Shown here: in pieces, positions 26,518 through 33,723 of the stretch
How positions within the stretch are numbered: the first letter of the stretch is position 1
Layout: each line of letters starts with the position of its first letter
Origin: an uncultured Planctomycetota bacterium
GTDB taxonomy: Bacteria; Planctomycetota; PLA2; JAEUHO01
Length of the DNA stretch: 64,000 bases
Assembly: GCA_963802335.1 (NCBI GenBank)
Contig: CAWDIE010000008.1
Coordinates: forward strand, 436,601 to 500,600
Direction of reading: 5' to 3'
Notes under the pieces: generated by a model
Database searches by the model: none
What the model saw: the letters and a program-made list of their open reading frames with translations, nothing else
What the model was told of the DNA's origin: nothing
Made by a program: the position numbers and the translations under genes

Positions 26518-26610
26518 TCTGCGTAGTCGCGCGGTCCTGCGTGCTCGAGCGAGGGCCGCGAATGGCCGCTGAACCCCATTCGTTTGCGCCACCCGCGATG
26601 GACGGCGCGC

Positions 26611-26630
26611 GCTTCACGAATCATCCAGGC
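26611..26630 (+). repeat. Dispersed repeat copy 3: GCTTCACGAATCATCCAGGC (preceded by cgatggacggcgcgc, similar to the copy 1 flank)
   Basis: 17/20 to copy 1 and 18/20 to copy 2. Forms an inverted pair with copy 2 (arms about 94 nt apart). Ends 19 nt upstream of in-frame ATG 26650 of the membrane-protein ORF. Confidence 0.7.
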
Positions 26631-26703
26631 CAGGCGGTCCTCCGGCGGCATGTTCGCGGGAAGCCGCGAAGGTGGGGGGGCGGCTCCGGCTATCCTCCAC
26701 GCC

Positions 26704-27546
26704 ATGACCGCGACGCCCCCCCCCGACGGCGCTCCCCGGCCGGACCCCCCGATCGTCGAGGAGGCGGACCGGCTTCGGGTGTGCAGCGTGTCGGGCCTGG
26801 CGGGCGCCCTGGCGATCGTGATCGCCTTCTTTCTCCCGTGGGTGACCGTCAAGCCCGAAGCGGCCGCGGCGTACCGCGAGCGCGTCGTTCAGCGCCTCGA
26901 GGACGACCAGTTGCCGACGCCGCCGCACGCCGAGGACTGGCGGCGGCTGGCGGAACACGTCGGCCGCGATCGTCGTGCGGCGGGTATCGACGTCTTCTGG
27001 TGGGCTCGCATCGCCTCGGTCGACGCCCAGGGCAACGTAGTCAACATCGCCGCACCGGGGGCGAACGCCCTGGTCAGCCGCGCCATCACCGTGGGGGCGG
27101 TGTGGTTGGGTGCCCTTCCCGTACTGTCCGTGCTGCTGTTCGCGTACTTCCTCACCCACCACTGCAAACGCGCAAGGAGCCCCGCCTTGATCACCGCGAT
27201 GCTCGTCGGAGCTGCAGCGGTGCTCACGACGGGGGCGTACGACATCATCAGCGCCGAGCTGGGGCAGGAGCTGGACAGCGCCGTCGGTTTGACCGTCCTG
27301 CTGCTGGGAGGCGCGGTGCTGTTCCTGGCCGGCTCGTTCGGGGTGAAGGCCCGCAACTGGTGGAAGGTCTTCGGCGGAACGATCGTGATCGCCGGGATCC
27401 TCTACCTGGGCATTCGCTCCTTCGTCGAGGGGCCGCGGCTCGTCCCCGACAGCGGGGAAAGGCCCTCGATCGAGTCCGGACGTACGGACGCGTCGGCTCA
27501 GTCGTTGTCTTCGAGTTCCTTGCGCCGCTTCTCGCGTTCCTCGTAG
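26704..27546 (+). CDS. Hypothetical polytopic membrane protein
   Basis: Inner part of ORF 26584..27546 from ATG 26704 (alternative ATG 26650). TM helices LAGALAIVIAFFLPWV, VGAVWLGALPVLSVLLFAYFL, ALITAMLVGAAAVLT, VGLTVLLLGGAVLFLAGSF, VFGGTIVIAGILYLGI. The last 49 nt overlap the convergent gene. Confidence 0.6.
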   Translation: MTATPPPDGAPRPDPPIVEEADRLRVCSVSGLAGALAIVIAFFLPWVTVKPEAAAAYRERVVQRLEDDQLPTPPHAEDWRRLAEHVGRDRRAAGIDVFWWARIASVDAQGNVVNIAAPGANALVSRAITVGAVWLGALPVLSVLLFAYFLTHHCKRARSPALITAMLVGAAAVLTTGAYDIISAELGQELDSAVGLTVLLLGGAVLFLAGSFGVKARNWWKVFGGTIVIAGILYLGIRSFVEGPRLVPDSGERPSIESGRTDASAQSLSSSSLRRFSRSS

Positions 27547-28100
27547 GCGGCAAGGCGCTTCTTCGTCTCTTCCTCGGACATCTGGCCCCACTTGAGGACC
27601 ATGCGGCCGCCGGGCTCCTCCTTGACCTTGCCGGAGACCGGTACGTCGTTGCTGTACCAGATCTCCTTGCGGATCTTCTCGCCCTCGGGCCACCGGCGAT
27701 CCTTCGGTTCTTCGACCTCGAAGAACCGACACACCAGCTTCTTCCCATCGACCTCGACCGTGACCATCTCGTCCTTCGTGACCGTTTGCCAGCGGCTGGG
27801 CTTGAGCTCCTTCACCTTGCGCCACTTGGTCTGCAGCGGCCCGAGGTCCTTGCCGCTCTCATCCGTCTTGGAGAGCTCCCAGAGGACCTTGCCATCTTCG
27901 ACGTCGAGGACCCGCTCGATGAAGTAGCTAATCCAGCGGTCGCCCTTCTCCTGGTAGACGACGAACTCGCCCGGTTTGGCGTCGGCCAGGGGGTGCTGGA
28001 CGAGCTTCGGAAGCTCGTCCGCCGCCATGGCCGCGCCGAGCAACGGCAGGACCAGGAGGGCGAGGAAGGTCAGGGGGAGAGAGGCGCGGACGACACGCAT
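27498..28100 (-). CDS. Hypothetical secreted protein with Lys/Glu-rich C-terminus
   Basis: Inner part of ORF 27498..28175 from ATG 28100: MRVVRASLPLTFLALLVLPLLGAAMA (signal peptide). Charged beta-rich body. The tail is EEETKKRLAAYEEREKRRKELEDND. Confidence 0.65.
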   Translation of the reverse strand: MRVVRASLPLTFLALLVLPLLGAAMAADELPKLVQHPLADAKPGEFVVYQEKGDRWISYFIERVLDVEDGKVLWELSKTDESGKDLGPLQTKWRKVKELKPSRWQTVTKDEMVTVEVDGKKLVCRFFEVEEPKDRRWPEGEKIRKEIWYSNDVPVSGKVKEEPGGRMVLKWGQMSEEETKKRLAAYEEREKRRKELEDND

Positions 28101-28213
28101 GGTCAGGCTCCGAACGACAGACGTTCCCCCTGATGGTAGCGCCAGCGGGCCCGGGCCCAAGCCCAGGTGCGACAACTGTTGCGCCCCAGCCGCCAGCCCG
28201 TGAAGATGCGCGC

Positions 28214-28744
28214 ATGGACCGCATGGTGGCGATCTTCGGGCCTGGGCATCCGACGCGCGAGGAGTACAACCTCGCGGCCGAGGTGGGGCGCCGCTTGGCG
28301 GAGCAGGGGCTCACCGTGGTCTGCGGCGGGCTCTACGGGGTGATGGAGGCGGCCTGCATGGGGGCCAAGGAAGCCGGCGGTCGCACGGTCGGGCTCCTGA
28401 GGACCTACAACCGCTACGATGCGAATGCCTACGTCGACGTGGTCATTCCCACCGGGCTCGGCGACGGGCGCAACGTCCTCGTCGCGACGGCCGGTGAGGC
28501 GGCCATCGCGATCGGCGGCCGCCTCGGCACCCTGGCGGAGATCGCCCTCGCCCTGAAGCACGGCCTCCCGGTCGTGGGGCTGAAGACGTGGAAGCTCGAT
28601 CGCGACACCCTCTTCGATCGACTGCTGCCGCATGCCGGCTCGGCGGAAGAGGCCGTCGCCATGGCGATCCGGCTGGCGAACGAGCGGGCCGACGAGCGAC
28701 GGCGTGCGCGAGAGGGAGCGCCCACCTCCCCGGACGAAGCGTAG
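28214..28744 (+). CDS. TIGR00725-family / LOG-like (SLOG superfamily) Rossmann protein
   Basis: Inner part of ORF 28133..28744 from ATG 28214: MDRMVAIFGPGHPTREEYNLAAEVGRRLAEQGLTVVCGGLYGVMEAACMGAKEAGGRTVGLL...IAIGGRLGTLAEIALAL. The GGxxGxMEA and GGxGTLxE blocks are typical of LOG/TIGR00725 proteins. Confidence 0.75.
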   Translation: MDRMVAIFGPGHPTREEYNLAAEVGRRLAEQGLTVVCGGLYGVMEAACMGAKEAGGRTVGLLRTYNRYDANAYVDVVIPTGLGDGRNVLVATAGEAAIAIGGRLGTLAEIALALKHGLPVVGLKTWKLDRDTLFDRLLPHAGSAEEAVAMAIRLANERADERRRAREGAPTSPDEA

Positions 28745-28776
28745 CCGGGATCGGGTCGCCCGCGGGGTGGACCGAC

Positions 28777-30195
28777 TCAGCGGAAGGACCCGAGTCCGCC
28801 GCCGCCCGCCCCGCCGCCACCGCTGTAGCCGCCACCGCTGTAGCCGCCTCCCGCGGGAGCAGACCCGCCGCCGCGTGCACCCCCGCCCCCGGCGGGTGCC
28901 GCCGGGGCATGGCCGGGTGTGCGAGCGCCACCGCCGCTGGCGCGTCCGGGCGTTGCCGAGGACGGGGAGCGGGCCGCCCCACCTGCCCGGCCCGGCGTGC
29001 GAGCCGGCGTGCGGGCGCCCGGCCGAAGCCCCGTACGCCGCTCGAGGAGGCGGGCCTCGAAGGCGTTGCGGGGCCCTCGCCGCGCGAGTTCCACGAGGCC
29101 CGGGCTCGTACCGCTCTCCCCGCCGCCTCCGCCACCGGAGGTTCCACCGCCACCGGGGACGCCGCCCCCTCCCTTGGCCGCGGGGCGCGGGGGATCGCGA
29201 TGGAGGCTGAGGACGACCAGGCCGTCGGGGAGCAGGAGGCCTTGCCAGCGGGCATGCTCCCCCGCGACCGGCCACAGCACCTCCCAGCCGACGCCGAAGT
29301 TCGGCCGACGGGCGGGATCGCGCTCCAGGGCACCCAGCAGGCGGCGGGCGTCGGTTTCGAACGCGCCGAGGTCGCTCGGCTTCGCCTCGAGGCCGGCCGC
29401 CTCCACCATGGCCGCGTCCAGCGCGATGCCCTCGAGCAGCGCGGGCCAGGTCCTGGCGAAACGCGCGGCGTCCGGTTGGACGTGCGCCGTGTAGATGCCG
29501 CGGTCGTCCGCCACCATGACCCCGACCACCCGCTGGCCATCGGCGAGTCCACCGAGGAGAAGCCGGTAGCGCTTCAGGTGCTCCTGGAATCGAGGCGTGG
29601 CGTAGGCGGCCGCCGCGTCGTCGTGTCGGTGCGCGGGCACGCCCATGCGCAGGTTGCGCGACCGTATGCGGCGGGCCAGCAGCTCGAGATCGACCAGCCC
29701 CTCCTCCAGCGGGGTGAGGCCCCGTCCGCGCGAGAGGTAGGGGCCCGACGGAGGCGTTGCGCTGGCCTGCACGACGGGAACGAACGTGGCCGCGTGGGGG
29801 GCGATCCAGATCGGCCGGTCGGTGGAGCGGGATGGGCCGGCCGGGGTGAGGAGGGTCTCGCCCGCGGGGAGGAAGAGGGGAAGGGCCTCGCGATTGGCGA
29901 TGCGGACGTGCCACACCCCGGCAGGACCCGGGAGCTCCATCACCTCGACCTGCGCCGCATCGAGGCCGACGAACGCCTCGAGGGGGACCTGATGCTCCGG
30001 AGCCAGCTTCAGGGTCATGACCGTGGCGCCGGGGGTGGTTACGAGCCGGCCGAGCCTCAGATGGGCCAGTGCCCCCTTCCAGTCCGCGGGCGCGTCGTCG
30101 GGGGCCTGATTCCCGGCGCCCGCGACGCCCGCGGCCCAGAGGACGAGCACGACGCAGACGGCGGCCAGCGAGACCGGGCGGCACCCATTGGTCAT
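28777..30195 (-). CDS. Hypothetical exported protein with long Gly/Pro/Ser-rich C-terminal tail (possible ARPP-1/DUF-type core; unverified)
   Basis: Inner part of ORF 28777..31224 from ATG 30195 (MTNGCRPVSLAAVCVVLVLWAAGVAGA). Globular about 330-aa core. The last about 135 aa are low complexity and end GGGYSGGGYSGGGGAGGGGLGSFR. Confidence 0.65.
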   Translation of the reverse strand: MTNGCRPVSLAAVCVVLVLWAAGVAGAGNQAPDDAPADWKGALAHLRLGRLVTTPGATVMTLKLAPEHQVPLEAFVGLDAAQVEVMELPGPAGVWHVRIANREALPLFLPAGETLLTPAGPSRSTDRPIWIAPHAATFVPVVQASATPPSGPYLSRGRGLTPLEEGLVDLELLARRIRSRNLRMGVPAHRHDDAAAAYATPRFQEHLKRYRLLLGGLADGQRVVGVMVADDRGIYTAHVQPDAARFARTWPALLEGIALDAAMVEAAGLEAKPSDLGAFETDARRLLGALERDPARRPNFGVGWEVLWPVAGEHARWQGLLLPDGLVVLSLHRDPPRPAAKGGGGVPGGGGTSGGGGGGESGTSPGLVELARRGPRNAFEARLLERRTGLRPGARTPARTPGRAGGAARSPSSATPGRASGGGARTPGHAPAAPAGGGGARGGGSAPAGGGYSGGGYSGGGGAGGGGLGSFR

Positions 30196-30251
30196 CTCGA
30201 CCCCCCATCCGTTCCGAAGCGACGTCCATACTAGGAACGCGCTTCTGCCGT

Positions 30252-32723
30252 TTAGGTGTCGCCTTCCGGAGGGCTCGGGTCTTCCGACTCTGGGCCGGGC
30301 AGATCGAGGGATCGGATGCGGCCGCCCGTCAGATCGAATTCGGGCCCGAGCAGGTCGGGCACGGGCTCGGGCTGGAAGTCGACCCGGCTGTCCTCGGGAC
30401 GGCCCGAGACGTAGCGAAGCCGATGGCTCCCGGTCTCCAGCGCGAGGCCGTCCACGAGCAGATGGCGGGTGCGCTCCCCGTCCGGGACGTCGACGTCGAG
30501 CATGCCTCCGATGCGTGACGCTCGCACTTGCCCGAGCCGAGACCCCTTGCCTCCCAGGTGGAGGCGCCCCGCCTCGTCCACCCGCAGCGCCCTGCGGCCC
30601 CGACCGACCGCGGACAGATCGAGCCGGCCAACCGCGCCCTCCTTGCCTTCGACGGCGTAGAGGAGCGTCCCGACGACGGCCGGGCTCCGAAGGTGGGACA
30701 GGGCGATCCCGCCGATCACGAGCGCGATGGCCGCGAGTCCGACCAGGATCCAGCCGGCGCTTCCCCAGCGGGGCTTCACGAGGACGGGGAGCCCGATGGC
30801 GCCGGGCGCGGGGCCGAGGGGCCAGTCGAGTTGAACGGCCAGGCTCTCCTCGCGGGCCTCGAACGTCCCGGCTCGTTCGCCCGACCAGGGGCCCTCGGGG
30901 ACGAGGGCCCACGCACCGTCGCCCAAGGCGTCGAGGCGCCAGGCGATCGGTGCGTCTGCCGGCCAGGCGAGCACGGGGGCTCGAGCCCACAGAGCCCGTC
31001 GCCACGACGCCGGACCCCCGTCCGTGTCGATGCGCGCCATCCAGGGACGCCTCGCTTCGAGGACGGCGTCGTCGAGCACGTAGGGTGGGGGCGTCTGAGC
31101 GGCCGGGCCGGGCTCGAGGACGAGTCGTGGACGGCGTGCGGTCAGGCGACCCGCGCCGTCGGCCGTGCCCAGGACGCCCGCCTCCTCGACCAGGGTGAGG
31201 CGAATCTCGCCGTCCTCGGGCCACGCATCCTCCTGGAGGCGAGGGCGGACCCGGACGCGCGTCGGCAGATCGGCGCCCGCGATCGTGATCGTCTGGCCGC
31301 CTCCCTCCGCGAGCGGGTCGTCGCGCTCACCTACCCGGACGTCCAGGTCGAGGTGCTCGGCCAGGGCATCCCCACCGACCAAAACGCGGAGGCGGATGTG
31401 GGGCGGCACGTTTCCGGCCAGGTGCTCCACGAGCCACACCAGGTCCGAATCCTCCTCGGCGAGAGGCAGCTTCCGGTCGGCGTCGTCGCCGTCCGGTCGC
31501 ACGTGGATCCGCGCGGGCGCCGTACTCAGGCGATAGGGAACATGGAAGGTGGCATCGTGGCCCGTGCCCCGGATGAGGAGGCTGCCGCTCACGTCCACCG
31601 GCTGGCCTGGGTAGGCGAACGCCATCTCGAAGACGTGCCGACGGACGTGGGGCCGCTCCGTGTCCTCGGTCGAGACGTCGATCTCGAGTCCTGTCGGCAG
31701 CGCGCCACGCTCGTCCGATACCGACCACGTGGACGCCGTGTCGGCGTCCGCGACCAGGATCGCCACGGTGTGGGGGGCCGCCTTGCCGATCACCTCCAGG
31801 GCTTCGTAGCGGAGCGCCTCTTCTTGGGGCTCCGGTTGCTCCAGCCGGGCCCCGCGGATGCGCTCGCCCCATCTGAACTCGACGGCCGCCGGCGCGCTCA
31901 CGAGGGCGAGGACGTCGGCATCGTCGGGCAGCCTGAACGTCAGCGTCGCCTCGTCGCGCGCGAGGTCGTCGCGGCGTAGATGCACATGGAGACCGTCGCG
32001 TCGGGCGTCGACGTCCAGTCGATCCCCCTCGCGATCGCTCACCACGTCGATGGGGAGGACTCCGTCCGCCCGACCGACCGCGACCAGGTCCAGCGGCAGG
32101 CGGACGCGGGCTTCGAGCCGGGCGTCGTCGGCGAGTGGTGCGAACGGGCTGGTTTGGACCTCGGCCTCGCCGTGGCCCAGCACGACCCACCCTCTCTGCT
32201 GGACGCCCTCCACACCCTCCAGCAGCGCGCGCGCCTCGTTGCTCGCAAAGAGCGGGATCACGCGATGCCTCGCCGCTGCGTCGGCCTTCCACGCGTCGAG
32301 GAACGCCCCGCCCTCGTCCGCCTCGAGCAACGGGCCGGCGAAAGGGCCGATCAGGAAGACGAGAAGCGCCTCACCTTCCCGAGCCCGCCCGCGGGCCAGA
32401 TCGAGAGCCTTGCGGATGTCCGTGGGCCCGTCGTATCGCCAGCCTTCTCTCGTTCGAGACTGATCCAGCGCCTTCGCGAAGCCGCGGGAGAGAACGCCGG
32501 AGCGCGCACGTCCGTCGGGCCGTGCGCCGTAGAGGACCAGCCGCGGGGCGTCCTTCGCGTAGGCCTCGAGCAGTGCCAATGCCACGCGCTCGTGCTCCGC
32601 CGCCTTCTCCTTCGCACCCTCGCCACGGTCCAGGACGACGACGACCTCGTCGGCCCGCGCCCCGGTGACCGCCCCCGCGAGGAGCCAGGCGAGGCCGAGC
32701 AGCAAGCGGGCGGCGCGCATCAT
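30252..32723 (-). CDS. Large single-pass membrane protein: signal peptide, vWA-like domain lacking MIDAS, long ectodomain, TM, about 170-aa cytoplasmic tail
   Basis: Inner part of ORF 30252..32792 from ATGATG at 32723 (MMRAARLLLGLAWLLAGAVTGARA). EVVVVLDRGEG...ALLVFLIGPFAG resembles a vWA beta-alpha-beta core, but DxSxS is degenerate. TM helix WILVGLAAIALVIGGIALSHL. The cytoplasmic tail is vaguely FHA-like and is not called. Confidence 0.65.
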   Translation of the reverse strand: MMRAARLLLGLAWLLAGAVTGARADEVVVVLDRGEGAKEKAAEHERVALALLEAYAKDAPRLVLYGARPDGRARSGVLSRGFAKALDQSRTREGWRYDGPTDIRKALDLARGRAREGEALLVFLIGPFAGPLLEADEGGAFLDAWKADAAARHRVIPLFASNEARALLEGVEGVQQRGWVVLGHGEAEVQTSPFAPLADDARLEARVRLPLDLVAVGRADGVLPIDVVSDREGDRLDVDARRDGLHVHLRRDDLARDEATLTFRLPDDADVLALVSAPAAVEFRWGERIRGARLEQPEPQEEALRYEALEVIGKAAPHTVAILVADADTASTWSVSDERGALPTGLEIDVSTEDTERPHVRRHVFEMAFAYPGQPVDVSGSLLIRGTGHDATFHVPYRLSTAPARIHVRPDGDDADRKLPLAEEDSDLVWLVEHLAGNVPPHIRLRVLVGGDALAEHLDLDVRVGERDDPLAEGGGQTITIAGADLPTRVRVRPRLQEDAWPEDGEIRLTLVEEAGVLGTADGAGRLTARRPRLVLEPGPAAQTPPPYVLDDAVLEARRPWMARIDTDGGPASWRRALWARAPVLAWPADAPIAWRLDALGDGAWALVPEGPWSGERAGTFEAREESLAVQLDWPLGPAPGAIGLPVLVKPRWGSAGWILVGLAAIALVIGGIALSHLRSPAVVGTLLYAVEGKEGAVGRLDLSAVGRGRRALRVDEAGRLHLGGKGSRLGQVRASRIGGMLDVDVPDGERTRHLLVDGLALETGSHRLRYVSGRPEDSRVDFQPEPVPDLLGPEFDLTGGRIRSLDLPGPESEDPSPPEGDT

Positions 32724-32752
32724 GCCGACAGGGTACCGCCGGGAGGGGATGG

Positions 32753-33694
32753 TCAGCGGCCGCAGAGTCGGCGGTAGACGCACGCGTGGCACTTCTCTCG
32801 ATCGTCCGTCAAGGGAAAGTCCTCGCGTTCGGCGCGATTCGTCGCCACGTCGGCGAGGCGCTCACGCATGGCGTCCATGCTGGCCTGCATCTGCTCGCGC
32901 GCGTCGTCCAGCGCCTCCGGGTCCAGCACGAAGTCGTGCACGACCAGCTCGGGGCCGAGATACACGATGTGGTTCGTCGTCCGTTGGGGATCCCGGCCGT
33001 GCTTGGCCTGCATGTAGAGCGTGTAGCACGCCAGCTGGAGGCGGTTCCCCTCCGGCTGCACCTTGCCCGTCTTCCAGTCGTAGATCTCCGCGCCCCCGTC
33101 TTCCGTGCGGCGCGCGAAGTCGGGGACCGCCCACACGCCGACGCCGTCGAAGTCGAACTGATCCAGGCTCTCGATCGGATACCACGTTGACGGATCGGTT
33201 TCGCGGATTGCCTGGAAGAGGTCGCTGTCGAGGAAGCACGCGTACGCCTGCCGGGCCTTCTCGTTCGTCGCCCGCCACTCCTCGTCGCTGACGGGGTCGC
33301 CGTATTCGTGCTCCATCAGACCGAAGTTGCGCTTGGGACTCTCCCGGTACCGGGCCTGCTTGCTCTGGCGGTACTGCTGGCGCATACCCTCGGTCAGCGC
33401 ATCCAACTCCTTGGCCGTATCGATCGCCTCGGACTCGAACTCGAGATGCCCGCCGCGGGCTCGCTCCTGGATGCGCTTGAGGATCGTCTCGATCCGCTGG
33501 TGCACGACCGTGCCGACCCACGCCCAGCGACTGCTCAAGTTCTTGAGCATGTAGGCTTCGCGGGTCTCGGCGGGCGCACCCATCTCCCAGCCTCCCCACG
33601 CACCGTAGTACTGCCACCAGTAGGCACGGGCGCAGCGTTGGAAGGTGGAGGCACGGGAACTCGACCAGGAGAACTTGTTTTCGAAGCGCGCCAC
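32753..33694 (-). CDS. PD-(D/E)XK nuclease with Cas4/AddB-type 4-Cys (Fe-S) cluster motif
   Basis: ORF 32753..33694, 313 aa. N-terminal Cys in STFQRCARAYWWQYY. Catalytic core VPDF...AEIYDWKTGK...QLACYTLY (D...ExK, QxxxY). C-terminal CHACVYRRLC equals CX2CX5C, the Cas4-type cluster ligands. No cas genes or array are nearby. Confidence 0.75.
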   Translation of the reverse strand: MARFENKFSWSSSRASTFQRCARAYWWQYYGAWGGWEMGAPAETREAYMLKNLSSRWAWVGTVVHQRIETILKRIQERARGGHLEFESEAIDTAKELDALTEGMRQQYRQSKQARYRESPKRNFGLMEHEYGDPVSDEEWRATNEKARQAYACFLDSDLFQAIRETDPSTWYPIESLDQFDFDGVGVWAVPDFARRTEDGGAEIYDWKTGKVQPEGNRLQLACYTLYMQAKHGRDPQRTTNHIVYLGPELVVHDFVLDPEALDDAREQMQASMDAMRERLADVATNRAEREDFPLTDDREKCHACVYRRLCGR

Positions 33695-33723
33695 GCCTGG
33701 AGCATACCGAGGTGGCGAGCGAG

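Noticed and set aside
26480-26617. A 46-aa N-terminal extension of the UvrA-like ORF to GTG 26617 (MKRAPSIAGG...), and the 12-codon mini-ORF MKRAPSSMDGAR on the minus strand at 8525..8563.
   Set aside because: UvrA proteins begin right at the (I/L)xVRGARxHNLK strand, which here follows ATG 26479. The shared MKRAPS coding is explained by the dispersed DNA repeat itself. There is no supporting ribosome-binding spacing or coding bias.
30252-30780. Calling the cytoplasmic tail of the vWA-like transmembrane protein an FHA domain, which would link it to the Ser/Thr kinase at 14719.
   Set aside because: The length and beta-rich character fit, but the diagnostic G-R...S-R-x-H...N-G residues are not recognisable. 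The kinase is 14 kb away on the other strand.
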